A stretch of 64,000 bases of DNA from Moniliella sp. 'wahieum'. Taxonomy: Eukaryota. The stretch spans positions 124,001-188,000 of the forward strand of contig RSEE01000029.1 in NCBI GenBank assembly GCA_003971905.1, read 5' to 3'. The first letter of the stretch is position 1. Each line of letters begins with the position of its first letter. The notes below the pieces were generated by a model. The model did not search any database and was not told where the DNA came from. It saw only the letters and a list, made by a program, of their open reading frames with translations. Position numbers and translations under genes: made by a program. Positions 37,860 through 49,122 of this stretch are shown here, piece by piece.

Positions 37860-39860
37860 TTGACTGTGACGAGTCTCTTTGGATTAAGGCCTAAGGATCC
37901 GAGATGGGTGGCGTTCAAGAACGTTCAACGTTGAACTAACGTTGTTCACTGACTACACCACGCGCATTCGTATGTCTACGCGCGCGACATCCAGTTTGGA
38001 AGCGAAGGGCGTCGGGGGCCAGAGGATCCGGACCTGTGGCAAGCCGGTTAGTCGCCTTCGTCCCAGCGTAAAGACAAAGGGAACAGTATAAGATAGTGAA
38101 TCATATATCCTTTGGTCTGGCACATGTGAGCGCCAGGTAGTCAAAGCTAGTCAACGTTGAACGCGTGAACGTTCAGTTGACGTTGCGTATTAGTATTAGC
38201 CGAAGTCAAACACACGTGGTGTGTGGGGCAAAAAAAACAGACATACTTGTGACATGGTGACATGCGGCATGGGACATATGACATCACATGGTGACATGAG
38301 CGTACGTGCGCGTGAATGGACTAGTATACTCGCCTAATATAAGCGTACAGTGGATCTGAGTCGGACCGAGTAGTGAGAGTGTCTAGCCACGGTGTAGCCA
38401 CGGTAGCTATAGCTGCGCTTAAAATGTGAACTAGTAAACTAGCGACTATCTGTGACACGTGACAAAAGTGACATGTGACATGTGACAAATATCATCACGT
38501 GCGACAGTAACAAGTAAAGCTAGGAACTAGTAGAAGCCAGGAAGCGCTAAACCAGTAAGTAGCAACCAGCAAGTACTAAGTAACGACGCGGTGACGAAGA
38601 CCTTATTCGGAGGGCGTTGGGGGTAGACGAAGTACGCTCGGGGCGAGTGCTACGCGTTACGCGTTCCGGCACAGGACCTAGCAAGACCTAGCAGGCGATA
38701 CGACGTGTGCTATTCGAAAGTTCCGATTATAAAAACGCCTCGCAGATCTGAGAATCTCAGATCTCAGTCTTTCATCTCAGACTGGTATACCCGGTACTGA
38801 GTTCAACGAACGTTACGCGGTACGCGGTACGCGCGCTACGCGTTACGCGTAGGTCGGAGTACTGAGTTACTGACACGTGATGCGGGAGTACTGAACGTAC
38901 TGAGACTGAACGTGCTGAACTCAGTATTCAGTTACTTAATTCAGTGACTAGCTAGTGTGACATGTGACATGTGACATGCGACTAGAGTACTAGAGTGCTG
39001 GTCTGCTGTCTGCTGTCTGCTGTCTGTTGACGTTGCGCGTTGCTGGCCTGCATGCGACTTGGTATCGGCGGGCAACGACTAGGACTAGGACTAGCGACGG
39101 ATAATCTCGATCACCGATCATCGATCGCACAGGATGCATGCAGCATGGCTGATCAATGATCGATGATGCAAATGGCCGGTTTCCGGATACCGGGTGCTGT
39201 CGGAGCGCCAGCGACTGGTGACCTGTGACCGGTGACGGACGATGCATGATGCAGATGGTCTGCTTATTCGGAGATGGGCTGGTGCGCCAGGGCGTTGGCC
39301 TGTGTTGGCTTGCCGCTTGCCGGACAGAAAGACCCTTGTTGGATCCAAAGCAAGGTGCTTCCACGGGGTTTCCGTTTCCGTGTGACATGTGACATGTGAC
39401 ATGTGACATCAATGCATCCGTGCATGTGTGCATGTGCATGAGCATAGGCACTAGTCACTCGGCACCAGAACGCACTTGTTGGCTTGAAGTGTGACTAGTT
39501 GACGCGTGATGTACGCAGTCACAGTCGCGAATCACTCTGCCATCACCGATTCCAATGGGAGAGGCAGAATGCAGAACAGCAGAGCTGCGACAAGGCAGCC
39601 CATGGTTTGCGCACACTCGTGTTGTGTACTGGTCCTCAGACTCAGCCCGAGTGCTCGTCTGAGCATTGCGATCTGAGATCCTCTGAGATCTGATATCCAG
39701 GACTGCTCAGGCTGTGCAGCTGAGCCTCAGCGTTGACTAGGACTAGCCGACTGGGGCTTGCAGCTTCCGAGGCCTGGGCAGAGAAAGTGAGTTACGAATA
39801 GTAGCCTGAAGCAAGCCTGCAGGCACCGAAGACTGAAGCTTCAGGCCCTGAAGCGTCAGG
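37860..39860. repeat. Densest field of 7-bp-period palindrome arrays, upstream of the forkhead gene
   Basis: AACGTT-C-AACGTT at 37920, (ACATGTG)n at ~38471, ~38960 and ~39385, ACGCGT-T-ACGCGT at ~38838, AGATCT variants at ~38743, AGTACT-G at ~38858, ATCGAT and ATGCAT variants at 39105-39250. Confidence 0.85.
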
Positions 39861-40117
39861 ATACGTACTACTGAACGGACCCAGCTCCCCCCTCCGGATC
39901 TGCCGCAGCGCCCAGAAAGCAGACGCGGTTAAATTTCAAAGTGCTGTGCCAACACTGCTCGGGAGCGGCTGCCGGCGGTCTGCATTCGGGCGTTCTCAGC
40001 TTCCGCTGTTGATTTCAGCTTTCAGTAAGGCTCAGCCCCCGCTTCCGTCTGCCTCGGCCTCTGCCGCCGCCACGGCCACCCTGCTGCGTCCCCACCACCA
40101 TGCCTGCCCACGCGACC

Positions 40118-42462
40118 ATGACGGTCCGTGGCCGCTCCCATCGCCCGCCCGCCGCGTCCGCGCCCGCGCTGGCACCCACAACGCCGTCATCACCAGCACC
40201 CACGCCCATCCCCACCCTCACCTTCACCCCCACCCTCATCCGTACCCTCACCCTCCTCCTTATCCTCACCCTCACCCGTACCCCCACCCTTACCTTCACC
40301 CGCACCCCCACCCCCATCATCCGTCCTCTCTCCTCCCTATGCCCCTCGCAGGTCGCCCCGCTAACCCCCCGCCCCCCTCGGCTCTCCCCACCTTTGATCG
40401 CTTGCCACCTGACCAGGCATTCGACCACCCACCCAGCTCAGACTCGGGCCCTCACCGTTCTCGCAACCAACGTCGCTCCACTGTCGGTGCAGACTTTCAC
40501 CGGCCACCATACCTACGTAGTGCTCGAGCACCCCCGGGGGACCGACCGCCCCCCTACCAGCCCTACCACTACGCCCACCCTTCCTACCACCCCCCCACTG
40601 ACTCTCGCTTGGCCCCAGGCCAAACAAGTGTCACCACACCTGCTACTGGCCCTGCCTCGTCCTCGTCCCCGCCTCCGCCCCCGCCTCCGCCTCCAGCGAC
40701 ATCGGGCCATGGCTCCTCCAACTCCACCCCCGTGCCTTCTGTCTTGGCCTGGCCTGCCCCCCGCGCCGGCAGGCGATACCAGTGTAGCCTTCAGTGCCCC
40801 GCCCAACCCTACTGGTCGCTCCGAGCTTGGTCCGAACAGGACCACCATTCCCACCCGAGGTGCCCCTGACCTTTCGCTGCCCACTGCTACCTCCAGTAAA
40901 CCAGAAAGTGGTTCCTCTACCAAACCTTCGTCAGCAACCGGCGGAGCTGGGGGCAAGGTTGGGTCGGATGCAGCTCCTGGACCGGAAAAGCCCAACGACC
41001 GGAGACGACGACGCAAGATCCCTTTTAGCTACAGCAGCTTGATTGCCCAGGCCATCAGCACCTCTCCTGAGGGCAAGATGACACTGCGCGAGATCTATGC
41101 GTGGATCAACTGGGCTTATCCCGACCTCTACTCCTTTGACGGTCCCGATTCTCAGGGGTGGCAAAACACTGTCCGACACAACCTGAGCCTGAACAAGATG
41201 TTTGTCAAGGTGCCCCGTTCGGCGGTAGACAACCAGCCTCCAAATTCGGACCGAAGCGGTGGCTGGGGGTCGGTTACCTTCCCGCGTGGCAAGGGTGGGT
41301 ATTGGATGTTGGATTCAAGTGTGGCAGGTGCATCGGTCGCTCTACCGGGAGCACAACCAGGGTTCCCTACTTCCCGTCTGCTGCCAACCCGGCAGGACCA
41401 GCGTCTGGCACCCCCATTGCTTCTTCGTCAGGCAACCCACCGAGCGCTCCTTCTGCTCCTGTTCCTGTCAGGGGTGCGCCCTCCCCCGGCCCCCCGCCTC
41501 CCCCCTCCGCGCGCGCCCCCCCTCCCGGTTCACGAAGTGAGCATGATCTTGATGCCCGGTTTCAGCACTCTATCACCCTCCACGAATACCCACCCTCGGT
41601 TTACTATGGTCCTCGGGATCCCCGACCACCCGGTATGCCTCCCGGTTCAGGGCCGGGCTCGGCGCTGGGCCCTGCCGGGGAGGCTGCCTCCTCTCTCGAG
41701 CGCCCCACTGTGCCCGGTGTGGCTTTGGGTGCGCCGGGTTCCATGGTGGGCATGGTGACCGAGCCTGGAGTACCTGTTGGATCGGTCGCGTTCCCCCCTT
41801 CGGTTGGGGCGAAGCAGGAGTTCGGAGCCGGCGACGAGCGGCGACCTACAATCCCTCGGCGTTGGCGGGACATGACTATGCATATGCGTATGCGTATGGG
41901 GCGCCTTACGGGCCGGCACCTTGGGCGAACGGCGTACATGAGCAAGACCGGCCACGTGCGCGTGGGTATACCACCACTGCTGCCGAGGTCAATGCCACCC
42001 TTCCTCCAACGCCGGTGGTGTATTACCCTTTCTCTCCCGACCCCCGCCACCGGGCGAAAGCGATCCAGCTCCGGGCCAGGTGGGGTACGATGGCTATTCT
42101 GCGCCGCCCATGACAGAGCAGCGGGAGCCGTGGGGAGCCGAACCGTACCCTCGACCCTACCCTAGCCTGTATGAGGCGCCAGGCCGGGCGCCCTACCCAC
42201 TTACCCGTACGCGGTCTAGCACCATGGTACTAGTACTAGGGAAGAGGACGACGAGAAGGAAGAAACCATCGAGGAGATGCAAGTGGATGCCCATACTTCC
42301 CCCCACCTCCCGCCTCGCTCGCCTGCGCCGCCAGTGGGCGCAACCCCCCCTTCCAACCCCCAGACACCCAATCTCCCCATCGGCTTGCCCCCCCCGACTT
42401 TGACCAAAACACCTCTGGCCAATGAAAGCCGTATGTCCATTAGCGGCCTGCTGAACGACTAG
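40118..42462 (+). CDS. Forkhead (winged-helix) transcription factor
   Basis: KIPFSYSSLIAQAISTSPEGKMTLREIYAWI...GWQNTVRHNLSLNKMFVKVPR...GKGGYWMLD; His-Pro repeat near N-terminus; ends RMSISGLLND*. Confidence 0.93.
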
Positions 42463-43282
42463 CATTGGTCCATCGTTCCTTGCTCCTCTCTCCACTTGGC
42501 CTTTTTTGACTGTCCCACCACCAGTTACCCAACTGGCCACGCGTTTGCCCTCGATATCCACCCCGTCGGCGCCTGTTGCGAATGATGGTTTGCTTTCCTT
42601 TTAGTGAGGGCCTGCTGGTTTTCGGTGGTCGGGACGCTGGGGTGCTCAAACCTATGTCACCATGACTACTACCACTTTTGTGATTCTCCCTATCGCAGGC
42701 CTTCTACCGCGCTGAGTCACCGGCCACCCCTGGTCATTCGTTTGGGGTCGTAGGAGCTTTAGGGACAAAGTCCTTGTTTTATTTCTTGAATCTGTCTGCC
42801 ATGTACCACCTCCCCCGATGTGCATGATGCTTGTGCACCTACGGTTCGTGTATTTTACCCTTCCATGCCCTGCTGGCCCTGCATTGCCATCCATCTATTC
42901 CCCTCTCTGGTAGACAGACACTCTTTGGCAGCACCGGGCTACAGTGGAAGTGCAAGGACCAACTCCCAATCCTCCTTTTCCACTGAGGACTGCCACATGC
43001 GGCCTGGTCATCACCCCTTCACCCCCTCTTGGCAGCATGCCGACTCCAGCGGGCAGCGAGAGAGGAGGCATCTGGTGATGCTGGGTTTGCTGGGTTCGGC
43101 CGGCTCGGCGGGGACTGTGGTAGTCGGGGCGCGGCAAGCGCACCAACCGCTTGAACATTTCACACCCTGATTTCTGCGTCGATCGCAAGGTGAAAAGCCG
43201 GGACACGCACGCGCAAGTTGCGGTTTGCATCCCATCTCTCCAGCAGCTCTCAGCTTGGCGTGCAGGCAACTTGCCGAGGAGA

Positions 43283-44554
43283 ATGGTACGGCTGCTCTAC
43301 ACGCCCACGGGAGCGTGCCAGTCGACCCCCTGGGCGTCTGTTGAGTGGGAGACGGTGGACGATCGTATCCGTGGCGGCATCAGCACGAGCAAGGTTGTGA
43401 TTCGGGACTCGGGCGAGGTGCAGGTGGAGGGAACGCTGGATATCACGGCGTTAGGGGGGGCGGGATTTGCATCGCAACGCAGCCTGCATCCTTTTCCCAT
43501 TCCTCTCTCTTCTGAGCGCTACCTAGGTCTCACGCTCGCCCTGCCTCCGCTCCGGCCGCGGCGGCAGCAGCTGCAGCTCCCACCGAGTCGGACTCTGTGC
43601 CTGGACCGGTCCACACGTTCACGCTCCAACTTCATACCCAGCCCCCGCAACACAGGCCCGATGGACGAAGAAAGAGCGCGGTGGTGTACGAATGGGACTT
43701 TGAAGTTGGCTCCACCAAGGAACAGACTATGCTTGTCCTTTGGTCCGCCTTTCGTCCCCACCTATCGAGGCCGTCCCGTCCGCGCACCCGAGTTGGACCG
43801 GGCACGATCACCCAATGGTCCCTGATGGCCCGTTCGCGGTTTGGATCCCAGGCGGGCCGCTTCTTGCTGGTGTTGGAGTCGCTGGGGGCAGTGGAGGTGG
43901 GTGACGTACCTCGCTCGACGCCCATCACCGTATCGGAGGCAAGGGAACCGAGCGCGGAGCCCAACCCCTCGTTGGGCTTGGAAGACAAGCCACCAGAAGT
44001 GAATTCAGGGGGAGGAGGGTTGAACCAAGGTCATGCGTTGGGCGTACGGGGGTCGTATGGGTTTGCCCTTCGCACGACTGCCAGCTTGGTCGCGGTGGTT
44101 TGGACCGTATGGGCCCTGACGCCCGATGCGGCCTGGCATGCGATCGGAGTGGACTGGTACCCGTCTCGACAGTGGGCCTTTCTCTCTGCCCGCTGGTCCA
44201 TCGTCGCTGTCGCGTGCGTCTATCTTGTATTTGTTTCGTACAACTTGGCGTGCACCCCTCGGCCCGAGGCATTGTGTACCATCACGGGTTCGTCTTGTCA
44301 GCTCGATTGTTGTGCTGCGCAGCTGACCATGCCCTCTTGCCCTTTTTCTTTGTTTCTTTTCCTTTTCTCTGCTGCCGGGGCCAAACAAAGACAATCATGC
44401 CCACCCAGTCCCTGCTCATCTGTTCCATGCCGCCATGCCCGTACCTGCATCGCGTGCATTCCAACAACGAGAACAGGCGCTTGCTGTGGCTGCGCAAGGC
44501 ATTTACGATTTGCCGCTCGGTGCGGTTTCCAGGGCCCTGTATGCAGGGCTGTAA
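43283..44554 (+). CDS. CIA30 (NDUFAF1-family) domain fused to PIG-P/Gpi19 domain
   Basis: CIA30: WETVDDRIRGGISTS, GTLDITALGGAGFASQR, PTYRGR, WSLMARSRFGSQAGRFLLVL. PIG-P: YGFAL...WTVWALTPDAAWHAIGVDWYPSRQWA...YNLACTP...TIT|D...IYDLPLGAVSRALY; intron 44288-44390. Confidence 0.8.
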
Positions 44555-47500
44555 CGCTAAACACTCATTTATTGCAACCACTGACTTCAGGAAGAACCCA
44601 GAAGAGGGTACGTGAGAGTAGAGGAAGCCGGCCCAGGTCTAAAGAACTGAGTATGAGGGGTGTCCACAAGTTGGTCGTGCAATGGCTCGGATGCGACTGG
44701 CTGTTCGAACCTTAAATCCCGTCGCACTCGCGCCCGGTCCGGCAGGATCCCGTCTCCGTTGCTCTCGCTGGGAGTTTTCATCATAGTAGCACCCTGACGT
44801 CTTCTCCACGCGGGAAAAAGAGGTGGAGTTGATGCTTGATCACTGCTTTTCATGTTAATTGCGTCTCGTTCCTGTCGTGCAAATGCCCCGGATACTCCTT
44901 CTAAACACAAAAGCATGACTTGTGCTCGCTCGTTTGGTCCGGATGCATAGAAGCGTGTGAACTAGGGCGATGTGTCCTTTGTGGCGGAGAGCAGCAAAAG
45001 TCACACAGCTCTCACAGCAGTCCCAAGAACGCTGCCCAAGAGGGCGCATGCTTTTCTGCTTGTAGGATATTGGATGCCGAGTGGAGAGCAGGCACAAATA
45101 CGCGTCAGAGAGACTGTTAGGTTCTCGACCAGCCCCGCAACCTGCGATTAGATACAGTCCCTTGCGCCGAAGAAATGCTCGACACAACGGAGCGCGGCTT
45201 GTTGGATGAAAAGCTTCCGTCGTTGTGGTCTTTTTTCGGTAGCATCAAACCCTCAACGTGAGTGCACTGCAGTCGTATCGCAGATTCTACAGCTGCCGCG
45301 TGCACACTGTTCGGTAGTATTTCTCGCCGTTGACAGTACGCTTGGTGTTGGCGTTGGATTCTTATTAGTGTGCTGCTGGCCCACGTAATATCCGATTGTG
45401 CAAAGTTGAATGGCACTGTTAAGGGGCATCACCGGACGCTGAGCCCCGCACCTCTTCTTAAACATCTCATCCAGTCAGTCCCGTTTAACCAGCGAGAGAG
45501 AAGAGCCAGCGGACACCTTATCCATGCTGTGGATATCCTCCGTGGCCCGCCATGGTCGCATGGGCTCATCGGTGCGAAGCTTTGGGCCCATCGCGCCCAG
45601 TCTGAAGTTGGCAGAACTCTGTGCCTGCTGCGCTCCAATGCGCAGCGTCAGCACATTTGAGAGCACGGGCTGCGTGTATTAGTCTTCACCTCGCTGGAAA
45701 GTTCCCCACATTCTGTTTATACCTGTCACGAGGCACTTGAGGCCTGGTTACTTCTGTATATAAGCAACCATGTCTAAGACACGCTACTGCGGTGGTCCTT
45801 ATCGATTATCGACCATCCTGTTACACCTGTCTTCCGGCTGTTTTAACCTTTCCATATATTCCTGTCTCGCTTTTCCACCTTCTACCACACTCCTAATTTA
45901 CGACTCACGTTGGTTACGCTTCAAGCCGCGGCTACTCTCAGTAGCGCTTGCTCTTCATTATAGGACTCCGTCTGATTCTGCCTACTACAGCACGTCGAGT
46001 GTGGTAATGCCACCGGGAAACCGCGTTACCACGGAGCTCCTGGATCCCTTTGACGGGTCTGACGACTTTCGTACGCGGCTCCTACCTTGGAGGGTCTGAG
46101 CTGCAGCCTTTGCACACGCAGGCAGTCACCCAAACTCGAGGGTCTCTCCCTCGCCTCTACACCAGCCCGGTTCAACCAGGATCGGAGGCCGGATCTACCG
46201 TACGTGGCTTCAATTGGCCGTTCAAGGGTTTGTACCCCTAAACTACAGGGACTCATGGGTCCCACCTCGGGACTCCCCACCATGACAGGCACCCTCTTCT
46301 GTCAAAACTTACTGACTATAGTGGGAGACCAGAGGCAGGAACTATAGTCCACTCATGAGGCCTGAGGCCTGAGGATAGAAGATGCTGGTAGGGATGATCG
46401 ATGAGGGGAGAGAATGTACTGTAAAAGGAAATGAGAGAAGCAGGTGTTGGTGTTCATGCAGAGGAGTCCTAGGCTGCAGCTATATATAGGAAGGGAGAGA
46501 CGCCGGAGACAATAACACAGAGAGTGGGGTACGTGGGCTAGCCATGATGATGTGACCAATGTGGTTTGATCTACTTGGCCGTAACCCCAAAGTTTTCATA
46601 ATCCGTCAGGGCCATGTTGGGGGTTGCACACATTAGTTGTGGTTGTCAGTGCCGGCTCCGCATGCATGAGATGTGGGCATGATGTGTGGGATTTTGCGGT
46701 GGAGCGCATGACATGATGACGGACTTTTTCCCTGATAACAAGGGGGTGTCCTCGGTGCGCTGTCAGATGGGAGCGTACAGGAAAGGCGGGGGGAGTAAAG
46801 TGAGCTACTTTAGTTAGTAGGTGTGTTGGCAAAGACAGGGAGGTGGGGGCGCTGGAAAAAAATCGGGGGGTAACTCCAGTGACTGACGACTTCCTCGTGC
46901 GCACGGCCTCACCGACCTGATCCATCATCGACCTCATTGAATCGACGGGAAAAGCCTAGCTCGGAAACCGAGTCGATTAGGATTGTCCGCATGGGGAACA
47001 AAAAATATTGTTTCTTGCGGTGGCGATCGCAGCAACTCTGCCAACGGTGGGTGCTGCAAATGTAAATGCTTTAAGGACATGGCAAATGCGGGGTAGACAA
47101 GGCGGCCGAGGGGGAAGTTCCCGATAGTGTGCCCCACACCAGTGCTGGACCTGACCCGGCCTGTGTATATTGCCTGCGGTGCTTGCCATTCGCTGTCCCA
47201 TCAATACTAGGTGACACATGTGGCCTGTGGCATCTTGCCACATGTCACATGTCGCATGTCACCGGTCGATCACGGGTCGCCAGTCAATTTAATCGATTTT
47301 AAATGTCAAACTTCGGTCTCGCATGTCACATGCTCATCACAGTTTGGGCGTCGCTGTGCCGGCGACGAAGAATGGGCTGCTCTGCACGGTGGGGGCTCTG
47401 GGCATCGGCCAGCGTCCACCCGCAGCATGTCCACACCGCTGCACACACGTTGGTCGATCGAGACGATCGAATTGAGCTGGCTGCGGCTGCTGCGGCTGCG

Positions 47501-49122
47501 GACGCCACCGCTGGCCAGCGTGGAATAGGTGCCTTCTGCGTGGGTAGATAATGCACAATGGTTCACACAGTCTTGATTGTGTACCCCACCGGTCCCTGCG
47601 GCGCGAAGAACATCGGTCGAGATCGATAACGAGTATGCTGCCATCGAACCCAGACGTGTTGTCCACATGCACAGGAGCAAATCCATGCATGCAGCATGGC
47701 CAACCAGGGTGGGGGTGGGGGTGTGGTGATGTGCCGATGATGTGTGCGCCACGCCGGATCCACACTGCGTCCACATGCCAGGTATTTTAACGCGCGGTTC
47801 AGGCAGTTGTGCAGACAGGGTAGCCGTGCGATCAATGTGACATGTGATCGATGATCCATGGCCGGTGATGCATGTGATGCATGATGCATGATGCAGATGC
47901 AGATGGGTGCGGAGCAGAAGGGACCACTCGCCCCTTGCAGCTTGACGCGTGACGCGTGACGCCTGAGATGGAATGCCTGCCGAGCGGCAGACAGGACATT
48001 GCGTGCGCGGGGTTGCTACTTGCAAGTTACTAGCCGGCGGAGGACCCCACAGGTGTGGATAAAGCGACGGTGCTGAGTTGCCGGGCTTGGGCAGTAGAGA
48101 TTCGCTCGAGATGTTACAGATTTTTGGGGTGGAAAACGCAGTTGTCGTAGCCACATATACACAAGTCATAATGTCGACGTTTTGTCCACGTCATTTGGAT
48201 CCCGTCTTCTTTAGTACGTACGGTTACCACCTGCTCTGTAGAAAGGCACCCGGGTACGTGCCTGCCTTAGGCCTTGTTGTGTATCTGCTGAGACCCTGAG
48301 CGCACAGCGCCCTAGAATGTGGCGGGTACTGAGGCTGAGGTCAACAAACTTCAAGCTTCAAACGCTTCTTCAATAAGGTGCGGGGATATTGTGTGGGAGA
48401 AGCAAAAAAAAGGAAAAAAAAAGGTTTTACGATGTGGAATGGGCTCCTGAACGCCTCAGTTTTGGGCATCCGTGTCCGGAGGATAAAGCTCATAGAGCAG
48501 GTGTGGTTGTATGTGCACGCATGGGCTTATTTGACACCGTTCTGTGATCGAGCACACTACTTGTGATCACGATGGTTTCATGGACAGCATAGTTGCATGG
48601 AAGAGTAGACGCGCAAACGGCCGATGCTCACCGCACGTCTCACACAAAACTCGCGGAAATGGGGTGGCTTACCTCTCTCGCTCAAGCGCTCAATGATAAA
48701 ATGGGCTCGGGGAGGGGGAAGTGTCTCTTCGCGTGGATCCACGTTCGATGGACATTCGAAGAATGCATGGTAGTCTGCGCGCCGACATGGGCGTTACCTA
48801 GTAATGATGCAGATGTCACAGAGAGAGGCCCGAGGCTCTGAGATCTGAGATCTGCAGCCTGCAGCCTGACGCTTGAAGCTTGACGCTTGAAGGAAATCAA
48901 GGCACCGGTGGGGAACAGCCGACAGCTTCTGTCCTGCTGCGCACCATCACGCCGCCACTCTGCCACTGCCACTGCGGCAAATATACACTCGCTGCACCCC
49001 CCCCCCTTGGCCTTTCCCGCACGCTTTCGGCTCCAGTGGAGAGCGGCAGTCCCCCCAAAGCTGCATCCGCTGGTGCCACTCCCCTTGCACACCACCATCA
49101 CCACACTCTCTTTTTCCACTGC

